Source of the DNA: Dicyema japonicum | Lineage: Eukaryota; Animalia; Dicyemida | DNA: 64,000 bases | NCBI GenBank assembly: GCA_011109175.1 | Contig: RDEW01000004.1 | Coordinates: 582,030 to 646,029, forward strand | Direction of reading: 5' to 3' | Notes under the pieces: model-generated | What the model was told of the DNA's origin: nothing | The model's database searches: none | Seen by the model: the letters and a program-made list of their open reading frames with translations, nothing else | In this document: positions 14,223 to 26,619 of the stretch, piece after piece | Numbering within the stretch: the first letter of the stretch is position 1 | Layout: each line of letters starts with the position of its first letter | Position numbers and translations under genes: made by a program

Positions 14223-15069
14223 AAAAGTACAGGCTTTATTATTTTCTTCCTTTCTTTTAATTTAATTTTAAAATTAGAATTTATTATTAATTATTATCTA
14301 AACACGTGCTTGTTAATAGTCTCTGTGGCACGTCTATGTGCGTTAGCATGTCTGTGTTTGAGTGCAGAAATGGTAAAAATATCTCAAATTGAAAGGCGTT
14401 TAGCATTATTCTGACATGCATATTGAAGGAGGCGATAGCGCAAAGGATTTATTCTCAACGCTTAGGGTTAAGCACAGGACATATTTGTAGAACCAGGATT
14501 CCTAGATCGAATATTTGCGGGAGAGAAGTGCAGAATCAGCCACATCATAGCAGAGCCATACTATTCTTCAATGAGGCTTACGTTAAAAGTGCTTGAATCT
14601 GATTCCATCGTCGTTATTCACTTAAACATGTACTTTTAAGAAACCTCAATTTATGAATGTAACACCTGATGCGACCACCTGCGTAATTTATTATGTGCCA
14701 CACCCTACATTACTCAATTTCTGAACCTAAATCGACTGTTCTCATATTCCGATATCACGTTTTCGAATCTTTCCGCAGACTGACCGACCGAATTACAGTT
14801 ATACTGAAATTATAATGGCAGGTAACAAAGATTGACCACGAAAGTCTCACAAACGACATCAATTCGAGATTTTGGGTGTAAACTAGGACAACCAGAAAAT
14901 TGCAACTTTAAAAATAAAAATTGCAGAACATGTTTTTAATTGTAAAAATTGCATTATGAAAAAATAAACAAAATCATTTATTGTAATACGAAATTAAATA
15001 TTCCTGAACTTTTTAAGGTCTAAAGTTTCGATTTTTAGTATGAATTTTCTTCAAAAGAGATATCGTCGC

Positions 15070-15755
15070 CCTTAACTGAGGCTGAGCTTCCGCAACAATT
15101 TTGTTGTCGGGGGCGTCTTCTGAGAGCGGTGCTTGGCTCAACGCCATTCCAAATGGAGTTCTGGGTACCTTCCTGGATGATGAATGCGTCCGTATTTGGG
15201 ATCTCATTGCGACTGGGATTAAAAGTCTGTTTTCCACATCCGTGCCGATGCGGAGACAAGATCGACTGTTTTGGCCTACACCCTCTCTCCTGCAGGAAGA
15301 GTGCAAGCAGATTTCCCAGACACATGGCCTTGAAAGAGCTTTGGACGCCGCCGGACACCCCTCCATGCTCGAACCTGTCGGGCTTTGCAGGCGGTACGGG
15401 AAACGACCAGATGGGATGAATCTTCTCTTTTGAAGCCGGGAAACCTCTTGTCTGGGACGTTACCTGCACTGACACATTTGCCTCTTGCAACCTACTCAAG
15501 AGTGCCTCTGGAGCCTGTTCTGCCGCTGAGAAAGCCGAGAATATGAAACAGGAAAAGTACGGATTTTTTGTTTGTTCCACTCGCTGTTGAGACGTCTGGT
15601 TCCCTTGCGCTTACGACGCTAGAATTCTTAGTCGTCTAGAGAATCTGATCGCTACACGAAAAAAAGACCCTCGTGAGCGCTGCTGGTTATTTGAGCGAAT
15701 CTCGCTCGCTATCCTGAGAAGGAATAGCCAACCAGTCAGGGCAGTTTCTATATAA
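15070..15755 (+). mobile_element. CRE-like non-LTR retroposon 3' part (zinc knuckle + RLE)
   Basis: SGAWLNAIP, CRCG...HPLSC...RH, KRPDGM, LVWDVTCTDTF, WLFERISLAILRRN across frameshifts. Confidence 0.85.
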
Positions 15756-16039
15756 CCGTTACTCTATTTTCTTCAATAAATTTTTTGATGGTATGAGTAA
15801 ATTTCTGGCGAAATATTTTTATTTGAAAAAATCTAGAAAACTTAGTATCCCAAATTTCTGAAGCTTAGTTTGAGCTAATTTCGATTAAATTTGAAAACAA
15901 CGTGGGAATATTAACTGATTCTTTGGCCTAAGATAATTAAAAATCGAAACATTTTGATTAAAACTCCTTCAAATTCAGAGACAATTTTAAAAATTTCTGG
16001 ATGACTCTGGGAGTAATATTTGGCTGCTTTTAGCCCGCT

Positions 16040-16425
16040 TCCCCATCTAGTGACAACAACTTAGAGTGGTTTCCTATTTGTGAGAACATTTCAAAACGTC
16101 TTTTGTCTTCACAGTGGCAACCTTTAAAGAAGAAATCAGGCTATCAAAATCTGTGAAGTAAGATTTTATTCTTAGAGCACAATTGTGTCAGATGTGAAAC
16201 AAAAGCGACGTGGAAAAAATTTGGATGTAAAAGATTTCTCATTGAGGTCCCAGCTAAAATTAGATTTATTCCTACCACTTGTCATATATCTTGCGGCATC
16301 TGTGACGAATAAGACGAACCTTTGATGTTCAATTGAAAATTTTTTCGTTATTTCATCAACTTTAACACAAATTGTTGAAGTGGGAGGCGAAGAATGTAGG
16401 TAGTTACACAATACGAGAAACAATT
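16040..16425 (-). mobile_element. hAT-like (CGGBP/DUF659-type) transposase remnant
   Basis: SPPTSTICVKVDEITKKFSIEHQRFVLFVTDAARYM motif; related to 28050-28978 and 33001-34081. Confidence 0.7.
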
Positions 16426-16489
16426 ATAGCACGTTTTTTTAAACTTTTTATTCTTAATTAATTTTAAATTATTTTAATTATTTTTAAAA

Positions 16490-16900
16490 TAATTTTTTAT
16501 TTTTTTATTTTTTATTTTTTATTTTTTATTTTTTTTAAACAAAAATTTATTAACAATAAAATATTATTTATTAACTATGGGGGAGAGCGGCTGCTGACAT
16601 CACGGAGTAAGCGTTTCCGCGGATAACTGCGATACCAATTCTTTGCCTCAGCCAGACCGCTTCCCGCACGTCTTTCTTGCGGTGGGCCAATTTTCCCCCG
16701 ATTTCCTTTAGGAAAGAGGCTGTAATACTTCCAGCCGCACCAGACGTCTCGATTGCTACCGGTACAAAACGGTAGCGGTCTCCAATTTCGCCATATTTTT
16801 TAATCTTGATTTTTTCGGCCAGATCGGCTGCCGATCCAGCAGACTGCGCCGAGCTGAGCATCATCGAGTTCGAGAAAGAATCCACAACAGTGCAGTCCCA
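16490..16900 (-). mobile_element. CRE-like retroposon 3' fragment with A-rich tail
   Basis: WDCT...AGSAADLAEKIKIKKYGEIGDRYRFVPVAIETSG...WLRQRIGIAVIRGNA*, then T-rich tract 16490-16560. Confidence 0.85.
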
Positions 16901-16904
16901 TTTT

Positions 16905-17190
16905 TTTTAATTAAAATTTTTTTTTAACAATTAAACAAATATTAGTTGAGGAAGCCTGCTGCGTGGATTGCGAACGAGTTCCCTCGGAGTATGGCTATTC
17001 CAATCTTTTGTCTTAGCCATAGCCCTTCTCGTTGATCCCTTTTCTTTCTGGCAAGCAATCCTCCGAGTTCTTGCAAGAATTCAGCCGTCATTGGACCAAC
17101 GGCTCCCGATGATTCGGTCGCAACAGGAGTAAATCGGTAGCGATCCCCGAGGCAAGAATATTTCTTGATTTTTAGGTATTTCTTGATTTT
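16905..17190 (-). mobile_element. CRE-like 3' fragment of a second subfamily, abutting the previous copy
   Basis: Near-identical to 30462-30737 and 42560-42830 (KKYSCLGDRYRFTPVATESSGAVG...IGIAILRGNSFAI). Confidence 0.85.
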
Positions 17191-18899
17191 TCATTTTTTA
17201 TTTGAAAAATAATTGCAAAAAGTTTCAACTGTTGACTAAAATTGCAAAAATTGCTACTTTAAAATGAAAATGAAAAAATATAACTAAAATTAATTATTAT
17301 TCACTACTTTATTATTTATCTAGCTTTTATTAAACTATATATATTTTATTGCAATTTATTGTAATTAGTTGCCCTAGTGTAAACAAATACCGACCAACCT
17401 TTGCCCAACAGAAAATCCGCGTAAATACAGCCGAGAGTATCCCGGAGTGAAAATTCTTCTCCCAAAGGAAAACCTTAAAATTATTGCCACAGACAAGCTT
17501 GGGTTAGGCCACTAACCTTCATGAACGTCAAATATCAAGGTTTCTCTCAGAATTCCCCGCTTTCGAAAAATTACTAAGGCTTACGACTATCTCCCCAAAA
17601 TATTTAGCATCTTACGGTGGAAGCACATGATTTAGGACCACAGAAACTGTCCAATCACATGCATTACTTCACTAAAGTCGTGAATTCAAAAAGTGCTAAA
17701 ATACGCTTATTTGGGTTCAGTGTTTCTGAGGATGCTGTTAATACATATTTTGCCAAAAATTGGGGACGTTCAATAATATTGGAAAGATTGAATTCTTTCC
17801 AGATCCCTAAGAATTTTGTTCTAAAGTCGGCGTTTCCTCCAACTTTACTCGACTTTGAAGTATTCCCATGAAATTGAATTTGCCTATTTTGTCCCCAAAA
17901 ACCACGAGTTGGCCAGAAAATAGGACAGAAGTCGTTTATTCGTCGTCCAGCCATAAAATCAGCAACTTGCAATTATTTTGTTTGTTCTTTCAGTCATCTT
18001 TATAGTGTTTTTCTTTGTAGGAAAAAGAGGATGCTACGACTGACTCTTAAGGATGATTACCACCAACATTAATATTAAAAATTGTTACCTTCAGTCAAGA
18101 CTGGTAACTCCCAGAATTGAAACTCATCCACATCGAAAATTGCTGCATTCTACTTGAACGGTGAGAACCAAAGGGGATGACTCGGAGAATACTTTAGACA
18201 GAAAAACGAGGAGGAGCCTAGCACTATTACGTTCTGGACCTTCCTCATAAGAGACGAATCGGGTTCTTGGCTTTCTTCACCGGACCTACTATCATTGATT
18301 CTACAAGAAGCTTTCTCCTGTCCGGGACCTCCGGTGAACATCAGAGATCTGTGGAAGCGTTCAAAACTAGATGATGTATGCCTGAGACTACCGGACAAGG
18401 TAGCGGTCGGGGTTATTACTAACTAATAATAGACGTCCCAGAGATCCAGAAGGTTGATCCTGTGCACAGGCTGTTGGTTACAATTGTATGCAGTTTTCTC
18501 CACGAGCAGGTGATCCACATGAAAACCTCAATTATTGCACCAAATTGTGCATTATGCCGGGAAATTGTCATATTGACATTTCACGGTCAAAGTAGGGCGC
18601 ATCCTGGGAACTCATCCACTGAACTCATCCACTCCCCATTATGGGAACTCATCCACTGGAGTAGAGAAAGACTCCTTTTGGATGCAGGCCAGGCATTGGG
18701 CGCCTCCAAGTTATGTGGATCAATGAGGCCTCTAGGAACTGAAGAATACAAGTAGGTAACTGTGTTGGAATCGAACCCCCAGCAACGCAAATGTTATAGT
18801 CCTTCATATACCAAAATATTGACTAAAACAAACTTAAGGCAATTGCAGAGGAAAGCGTTTGTTGATTAAAATATTTTACGAAATACCAAATGCTTGGCG

Positions 18900-19085
18900 A
18901 TTTTTTCACGTTCTGGGCAATCGCGGTGGGGACAACTCGAGTATAACTGTCTTTTCTTAAAAGACAGGGACGTCTGCCAACACCCAAAAGTCCGTGTGCC
19001 CCACTGGCTCCTCCAGTTGATCTCTGGGGTCAGTAGTCAAACCATAACAAAATCTCTTATTTTTGCGAGTGCATGTGTTCAATAA
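18900..19085 (+). mobile_element. CRE-like 3' remnant
   Basis: FLKRQGRL and HWLLQLISGV match the 56954-57181 subfamily. Confidence 0.5.
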
Positions 19086-19166
19086 TTATCACAAAAATCT
19101 AAAAGGCGTTAAAACCGAAAAAGGCAATCAGTCAGAAATATAAGGCAAAATATTGACGATTATTTG

Positions 19167-19738
19167 ATGAACTGCATATTTCCGAGGGACAAAACAATCG
19201 AGTATACGATTGCAATCATTGGGGACACTTCTGTGGGGAAAAGAAGCATTCTCAGTCACTTTCTGTTCGGACGGCACAATGTATCCGTAAGTTACCTGTT
19301 AATCCAAGTTAAACAAATCCGGTAAACACAACAAATTCATCAAAATGGACGGAATAAACATAAAACTGAAAATTCTGATAAACAACCCTGTCTCCCATAA
19401 ACACCCCCTGAAGAATCCCGACGGAGTCATCTTTGTTTTCGACATTTCCAAGAATATTTCGTTTTGTCTGGCAGAGATGTGGATGTGCAAATTAGTCACT
19501 ACCGTTCACTTTGAAAGTCCAGTGGTACTCCTAGTGGGAAACAAGGCGGACAAAATCGACAGAAAAGTTGATTTTCAGGTTGACTTTGATCTTATTATTC
19601 AAGAGAGCGAAACTACTTGCCCGCGCTCATTCCTTTGGTTACATTGAGACATCTGCGGTCACTGGATACCAAGTCGAAGACATTTTCGAGCATATCGGTA
19701 GTTTTTTGAATTACCCTAGTGATAATGCTATTTACTAA
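19167..19738 (+). CDS. Divergent Rab/Ras-like small GTPase-fold protein, 174 aa
   Basis: Introns 19287-19308 and 19579-19603 give an open frame with IAIIGDTSVGKR, DGVIFVFDIS, LLVGNKAD, YIETSA; G3 motif and C-terminal cysteines absent. Confidence 0.8.
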
Positions 19739-20454
19739 GAGACCAGGGGGCCTTAACTTGTGAGACGACCTTTAATAAATTCACAATTTTTTTTTTTGTG
19801 CCCCGTAGTTGTCAATCCGGATTCCTCCACCTTTGTGGGGGAGATGGAAACCCGTTTCGTCTGACCATATCAAGGTATAGGTGAAAAAGTTCAATCGGAT
19901 TCTCTGCAAGAATGGGAGAAGGCGCTTTCGTTCGGTAGTAAGGACAATGGAGGAACACATGTCGCAGTTGTTTGCAGGAACTGGGGTCTCCTAACTGTTT
20001 GACGTTTTCTGTCTTTTTTACGTTGAATGGGGTTTAGTGGGGATAACAACAATGCCGTGGAATAAAGGAAAGTGTCGTCTCAAGTTCAAACATTCTAAGC
20101 CATCAATGTGCACAGGATAAAGAACTTGGGGTCCTGAAAGTTTATTAGCAACAGATATAAGCCTATCATCCTTAACTATCACAATATTTGACGAGTCCGT
20201 CGGACACACTGCAAGACCATTTTAGACAAAACTAACGAATTAACTAATGACTGAATATTCATCTTCAGTGTTTCACAACAGACGCACAGAACAGCACAAA
20301 ACTTCTTCAAGCGTGATTTTTAAATTAAAGATTTTTAAATTATGATATTTTTACAATTAAATTTATTTTAAATAAATAGCTGCAAATTTTTGATGGGATC
20401 TGTTAAAAAATAAGAAAACTATTTATCTTTTGATTGATTTATTAGCCGCGTGGC

Positions 20455-22268
20455 TCTTGAAATATTATCAAGAGAAGAATCATGAAGCTTAATAATGAAC
20501 ACTCGAAGGATGTCTTCCTATCACATCTTAGAGAGCTGGAGCAACTAAAGGACAATGCACAAATGTTCGCTGCAGTCCGACTAATGCGAGGAAAGAAAAA
20601 AGCGACAGTACATGTTATGGATGGGAAGGGGAAACTTATCTTAAAACCAGACGAACAGATCGAATTGATTGCTGCCCATTTTGAAAAACTGTTCAATGCG
20701 AACGGCCAAGAACTGGCCCCTTTCATCGGAGAACCGCGGATGCTGGAAACAATTATCACATCTAAGGAAGTTCAGAGTGCGTGCAGTAAGCTAAAGAATC
20801 ACAGGAGCGCTGGACCAGACAACATCCCTCCCGAACTGCTGAAATATGGACCTATGCGTCTATTCGAAACCATTGCGACATTGTTAAATGGAATGTTTAC
20901 ATCCAACTCTGTCCTACCACTGGGGAAAGGGACATTGATACCTATACAAAAGCCTAACAAACCAAAGGGACCACTAGAAAGCCTACGCCCAGTCATATTG
21001 TTAAACACATTACGAAAAGTTCTTGCATCTGTTGCTTTGGACCGCTTAAAACATCCTGCAGGAAATTACCTATCAGCATGCCATAGTGGATTTCGTGAAG
21101 GAAGGTCGACAGCGGACATTCTGTGGAGCCACAGGTGGCGGTGTGCAACGGCTCAAAGATACAAAAATGCCACGACCATCCTGGGGATCGATATGTCAAG
21201 AGCTTTCGACACCATTAGCCGACACAAGCTAATGGTTGTCCTTCATCAATTTGTGGACCAATCATTGCTACGGATAATCAGAGTACTTCTCTCAAGTACT
21301 GAACTGTCAGTCCGAATTGGGAGAACTCTATCCCGACCATTCAAAACTACAATCGGCACTCCTCAGGGAGACTCCCTCTCCCCCTTACTATTTGTGATAT
21401 ATCTCGAAGCTGCACTAAAGGATCTAAGAACTTGCTATGAAGGAAAAATAAACGAAGTCGTATACGCGGATGATGTGGATTTTATATCCGAGGATACAGA
21501 AGCTCTCACACATCTGCTGGAAAATGCACCGGACAAACTGGGGGAATGGTTCCTCATCGTTAACCGGGCCAAAACGGAAATCACGGAAATCAAAAGAATG
21601 GACAACATCCTTAATGAACGTTGGCGACATGTTAATAAGCTTGGATCCCTACTGGGGGACACAGAAGACATCATCAAAAGGAAAACACTTGCAGGAGTAG
21701 CAATGCGAAAACTCAAAAAGGGATGGCTGAAAGGACTAGATGTCAATCTGCGGATACGCATGTACAATGCATTTGTGAAACCGATACTGACATACAATGC
21801 TGGTACTTGGGCCTGTACAGGTGCGGAATCAATGGCTCTCGATGGGTTCCACAGAAAACAGCTTAGAGTATTATTTGGCATGCAGTGGCCAGCCAGAATC
21901 TCGAATACCGGTATTTACAAAAAATGCAAGAGTAGGCCTCTAAGCCTGGAAATCACTGACGCCCGGTGGAGACTGTTTGGTCACGTACTACGCATGGATC
22001 TTGCTGCCCCGGCTAATGTGGCGATGGAGGACCATTTCATGTTCGAGGGCAAATGCTTCCGTGGCAGACCAAGGATGACCCTACCTATCATGCTGCACAA
22101 AGACCTCCAAAGGATGAAGAAATGCCTAAAGACGGGAGACGATCTGGACATGCTGAGATCGACTGCGTGTAACCGTGGAGGATGGAAGAGGCTAACTAAT
22201 AACATTGTTTCTTGTATTGCACATGCTTTGCTATAACTATTATGGCAAGGCGATAAGTGCTGTAATAA
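20455..22268 (+). mobile_element. 5'-truncated RTE-clade LINE with intact 584-aa RT ORF (20482-22236)
   Basis: SAGPDNIPPELLK, GFREGRST, IDMSRAFD, GTPQGDSLSPLLF, YADD, WRLFGHVLR; 12-bp TSD TAGCCGCGTGGC at 20443-20454 and 22269-22280. Confidence 0.95.
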
Positions 22269-22270
22269 TA

Positions 22271-22442
22271 GCCGCGTGGCGCCATGTGGTGCTTCGTGGC
22301 TAATTGGTTCAAGTTTCTGTTTGATCGTCTGTTACTCCTCTCTCTTCCTATTAGAGTGGCGTAATGTGATCTACCTGTCTAGGTGACGCCCAGTGCCAGG
22401 CCGGCACGAAAAGGATCATTTGCTCTCCCCCACTCCACTGGA
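22271..22442 (+). mobile_element. Hairpin-headed SINE, 5' part; RTE 3' fragment follows at 22443-22610
   Basis: Matches 51172 copy until ccactgga, then KRFRGRPLTTLPVVLQNDL...GDDLDTLR (RTE C-terminus). Confidence 0.8.
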
Positions 22443-22689
22443 ATGGAACTACTCCTCCAATGTAAAACGCTTTCGTGGAAGACCGTTAACAACCCTCCCG
22501 GTCGTTCTACAAAACGATCTGAATGCTGTGAAGAAAACATTGGCATCTGGTGACGATCTGGACACACTAAGAATCCTAGCTAAGCACAGAAAAGCTGGAT
22601 CAAGCTAACTAATTCTCTTATATTTTTGGTGCACATTCGGGGCTATAAATATTATGGCTCTCCCGAAAGTGCTAGTAATAATGTGGTGT

Positions 22690-22900
22690 AGAATTTTCTA
22701 ACGAAGTGATGAAGCCATCTCGCTTATTGGAACACGTAAAACTCAAGCAACCTCAATCACTAAGGAAAAATGTCGAATATTTTTATAAATTAAAAACAAA
22801 ACTGACAAAGGATAAAATAACTTCATTAACAATATTTACAAATCCGCAAACTATTCAGGATTTTTATATTCAAGTTTTAGAAATGATAGCCAATAATGGT
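22690..22900 (+). mobile_element. hAT (Charlie/Buster) N-terminal BED-region remnant
   Basis: MKPSRLLEHVKLKQP...KNVEYFYKLK motif. Confidence 0.6.
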
Positions 22901-22959
22901 ATTAAGAACCATGGAAAATGTCGATTAATGTGTTTACTCAGTTATTCAAAGCATTATGG

Positions 22960-23470
22960 GTTTGGATATTCAAGTTTGAACACTTCTCCATTTCCTTCTT
23001 CTTCTTAGTTGGCCCTCATTTATTTTTAAGAGTTCTCACAGTGAAGTCATTTATCCTCTCCTCCACCATACACTTGATCGGTTTAAGCAGTTCATCTTCT
23101 TCCTCATCTACTCAGCACATAACCTCTTCCCCAACCCAACTAAATATCCACTCTCCTTGTTTTCTCAATAGAAATATTATTATATCCTTTTTTGATGAGA
23201 AAAACCACCCCCGCATTCATAGAGTGAGTTTGATAAAATTATTACCCGAAGATGAATAAAAACGTATCCTTATTAACGGGCGGAAAAAGACACATAGAAG
23301 AGCTTGGAGAAATCTTTTCTTCCTTACTCTGATATCTTCCATATATACACCTCCACTGTCAATTGCCACTCCCAGATATCATAGTGAATGTAGATTTTTT
23401 ACTTGTAGAGTGTATTCCTGTTTAGCTGCTTCCCAAGGGGACTAATTCGGTTGACTATTCAGCAGGACTA
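22960..23470 (-). mobile_element. Degenerate non-LTR RT thumb remnant; 22985-23155 duplicated at 28980-29145
   Basis: YLGVAID-like motif; about 170-bp near-identical repeat. Confidence 0.45.
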
Positions 23471-23598
23471 ATTTTTAAATAAAAATTTAACTAATTTCAT
23501 TATATCATATTTTTAAGCATCAAAATAAATTTTACATAATCGGCGTGACATTTCTGTCTTTATTGTAACAAATCTTTAAGTAAATTCACATTTTTAAA

Positions 23599-24640
23599 AC
23601 GTGGCGTCATGTGGTCTACCAGTTATGAAAGTCCTGGAGGCCCTCAGAGTGCACTTAATGCATCGTAGAAAAGACCATTAACTACCCTCCCATCCGAAGA
23701 AACAGACCCTCCACTTTCAATTCTGCAGATAAAAATCAACGGAATCAAAAGCAAAATTCTCGAACTACGGTCTTTCATTAAAAAACAGAACATTGACCTG
23801 ATTTTACTTCAAGAAAGCAGACTTACTCCATCATCACCTAACCCGCATTTTCAAGGATACCACTGCATCCGCCTGGACCGTTCAAACCGTCGTGGTGGGG
23901 GTCTCCTCGTCATTATAAGAGATAACATTCGATTTGCGGACACCTCAGAGAAACTACAATCACTAATAAACGATGGGACCACGGAAATATCAGGGATATC
24001 AATTACAAGTGGATTCGACTCTCAACATTACAAACATCTACGTCCCCCCTCCATCTTATTGCCCAAAAGATTCCCTCTATATCTAACCAAGTTAAACAAG
24101 TTCGGACATGTACCTTCCTTTCCGGACAGAAAAATCAAACAAAAACTCTCAATGACGAAATAATCTAAAAGGATTAGAAAAACAGAAGCAAACAGATGGG
24201 ACAAACTAGTATCTTCCCTTCCATTTCAGAAATCTGCTCAGAAGATATTGAGAGAAATTAAACAACTTGGATCAAAAGGAAATTTTAAAAGACAACAGAC
24301 GGATCAGCACAGTCTTAACAAGCTCATGAAATATTACGCCAATGTAAGCCACAAACCTTTCAGGAAAATGGATGGGCCTTCTTTATCCTCAATAAGACCA
24401 AAGAGAACACAGCGATTAACTTTATCTTACATTCAAATGTCAGTGAGGGTTTGAAGAGGATGAATTCTGTTTCTCATGTGGGCCTGATTATATCCCTGGT
24501 ATTTTACTAAAACACATTAGACCTATTGCGATTGATGCAATCACAGTGGTTTTCAACTATTCAATAAACATGAATACAATCCCAATCATCTGGAAACTGT
24601 CCTATATACGCCCTATCCTTAAGCTTGGGAAGCCTAAAAA
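23599..24640 (+). mobile_element. I/Jockey-like LINE with APE endonuclease and start of RT, deleted
   Basis: SILQIKINGIKSKILELRSFIKKQNIDLILLQESRL...GYHCIRLDRSNRRGGGLL; 24490-24640 matches RT start at 31620-31760. Confidence 0.85.
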
Positions 24641-24645
24641 CAACA

Positions 24646-25075
24646 ACCATGATTTGGGGGTATTTCTGCTCTTCGGGAGTAAAAGAACTATATTTTATTG
24701 ATGGAAAATGAATTTTCCAAATATTGCCACAAATTATAAGAATGTTTGCTCAAATCTGCTGAGAAACTCATTTAAACGCAAATGAATGATTATTACAACA
24801 ATGACCTAAAACATATTTCAAAAATGACCAGAAAATGGATTGAAGATCACAATGCAAATATTCTCAATTGTCCAAGTCAATCACCGCACCTCAATCCCAC
24901 AAAAAGTATAAAAAAGGTAAAATACTAAATTGGAATACGAATCCAATAATTCCGATTTAAAATAATTTCAGAAAAGAACGGTATACTATATTTTAAAAAT
25001 CTAATTATAAATTATAAAAATCGTTTAAAAGCAGTGATTCTTAAAAAGGTCATGCCACAAAATATTAATATGTTA
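24646..25075 (+). mobile_element. Tc1-like transposase C-terminal remnant
   Basis: MIWGYFCSSGV...NDLKHISKMTRKWI...NCPSQSPHLNP...KKGHATKY. Confidence 0.75.
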
Positions 25076-25275
25076 TTTTACCTAACATGACTTTTTTCCT
25101 GAATAAATTTCATTTAAAATTTTTAATGGTCAAAAAATAAATTCTTAAGTTTGAAATCTCACAACCAATGTTTAATCACTAAGTAAAATGGATTTTTTGA
25201 TTTTGAATAATATTCGATTTTTAATGATTATTTTTTTGATTGGAATATGTATACATTAACTTCGGCCCGCCCACA

Positions 25276-25451
25276 ATAGGGTTAGGGTTAGGAATTAGAG
25301 TCGGGTTAGGGTTGGAAGTTAGGTATAGGGATTGGAGTCATGTGAGAGTTAAGATAGTGATTAGAGTCAGGGTTATGGAATAGGGTATGGGACTAGGATT
25401 AGGGTTGGGGGTTATGGTTAGGGATCAGAGTTAGTGGTTTGAATTAGGGTT
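25276..25451 (+). repeat. Degenerate interstitial (TTAGGG)n-like tract
   Basis: About 6-nt period over about 175 bp; five exact TTAGGG units among variants (TTAGGA, TCAGGG, TTGGGG, TTATGG). Confidence 0.75.
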
Positions 25452-25739
25452 AAATTTATATTATCAGTGATTTGTGAATTTCTAGGAACAATATGTCAAA
25501 TATACTAAATCCTTTCTGTGCACACGTGACTATCTTTTCCACTAGATTTTTCAAGAATTTTCAGTTTTCTATGTTTAATGAATTTCAAAATACTACTGTG
25601 ATATTAAAACATCCAACGGCAAGCCAAGAATTTTAATTGAATCAAATTCCCAAAAGTCATATTACACGCTTCAAAAATAATTGCTGAATATTTTTCCTTA
25701 TAAACAAATTTTTTAAACGATTTTTGCAATTTTGAGAAA

Positions 25740-26528
25740 ATGAATTTTTTATTTTACACATTATTTTTTGCTTTCGCCGGTAATCTATTTGAAGCAATTT
25801 TAGACAACAAGCAATATACCAGAACATTAGAGGTGGCGACTGTTATCGATGACGGATTTGTTTTCATTTTATATTTTACGCATAGCAAAAAGGCTTCGAC
25901 TATAATGAGGACCAAATGAGAGAGTATGTAAATAAGATGTTCAAATTGTCTCAAAAAGTGTAATTGATGATAATTCAGTATTTTAACGCGATAGAAATAG
26001 AATTAAAACTTAGAAGAATATACTTCACTAAAGGAACTATTTCAAGTGATCCTATAAATGCGTATATACACGCAATGTTTATCGGCTATTTTCGCGGGGT
26101 AGACGCAGTTGTATTCTTTAAGTAATTATTCGAACTAATACCCAGAGATACTAAGTCAGATCTAGAGTACGTGGGAATCGCATTGAAAAAAACTGTTTGC
26201 TCAAATCGAGCAGTGGCGCTGGTTTTGAAAAGATACAACGATGAAATGACAGCAGGAATTATGTCTCATGAGTTACTCCATGTTCTTGGGTTTGATCACG
26301 TCAAGCCGACTGACAGCGGTTGCAATTATAGTTGTTTGATGACTCCTATTAGTCATGCCTATGAGTATAAATTTTCTAATTTTGAGATACGTGTCAGATC
26401 AAACAATTGCCGCTGTGCCTGCACTAGAAAACAAATGGGGGTGCCTTAGTACTACTGCTAATAATGAGTCAAATGCAGCTAAATTCCTGGATTTACACCT
26501 TTCTTCTTTTCCTGGTACAACATATTAA
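25740..26528 (+). CDS. Mini reprolysin-like (M12B) zinc metalloprotease, copy 1
   Basis: Five introns (24, 26, 21, 24, 22 nt) give 223 aa with hydrophobic N-terminus, HELLHVLGFDH and CLMTP Met-turn; an extra C near 26486 removes the hydrophobic tail seen in the paralogues. Confidence 0.8.
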
Positions 26529-26619
26529 TTATTATTGAGGGTCTAGGTTAGATTACCTGTGTAACGATTACTAATCAAAATTACTAATTATCTAATAATA
26601 ATTTTTTTGGTTATTTCAC

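Noticed and set aside
20442-22205. Antisense ORFs in the supplied track, here and over FHAD1, RNPS1 and CRE copies
   Set aside because: They are shadow frames opposite real coding sequence.
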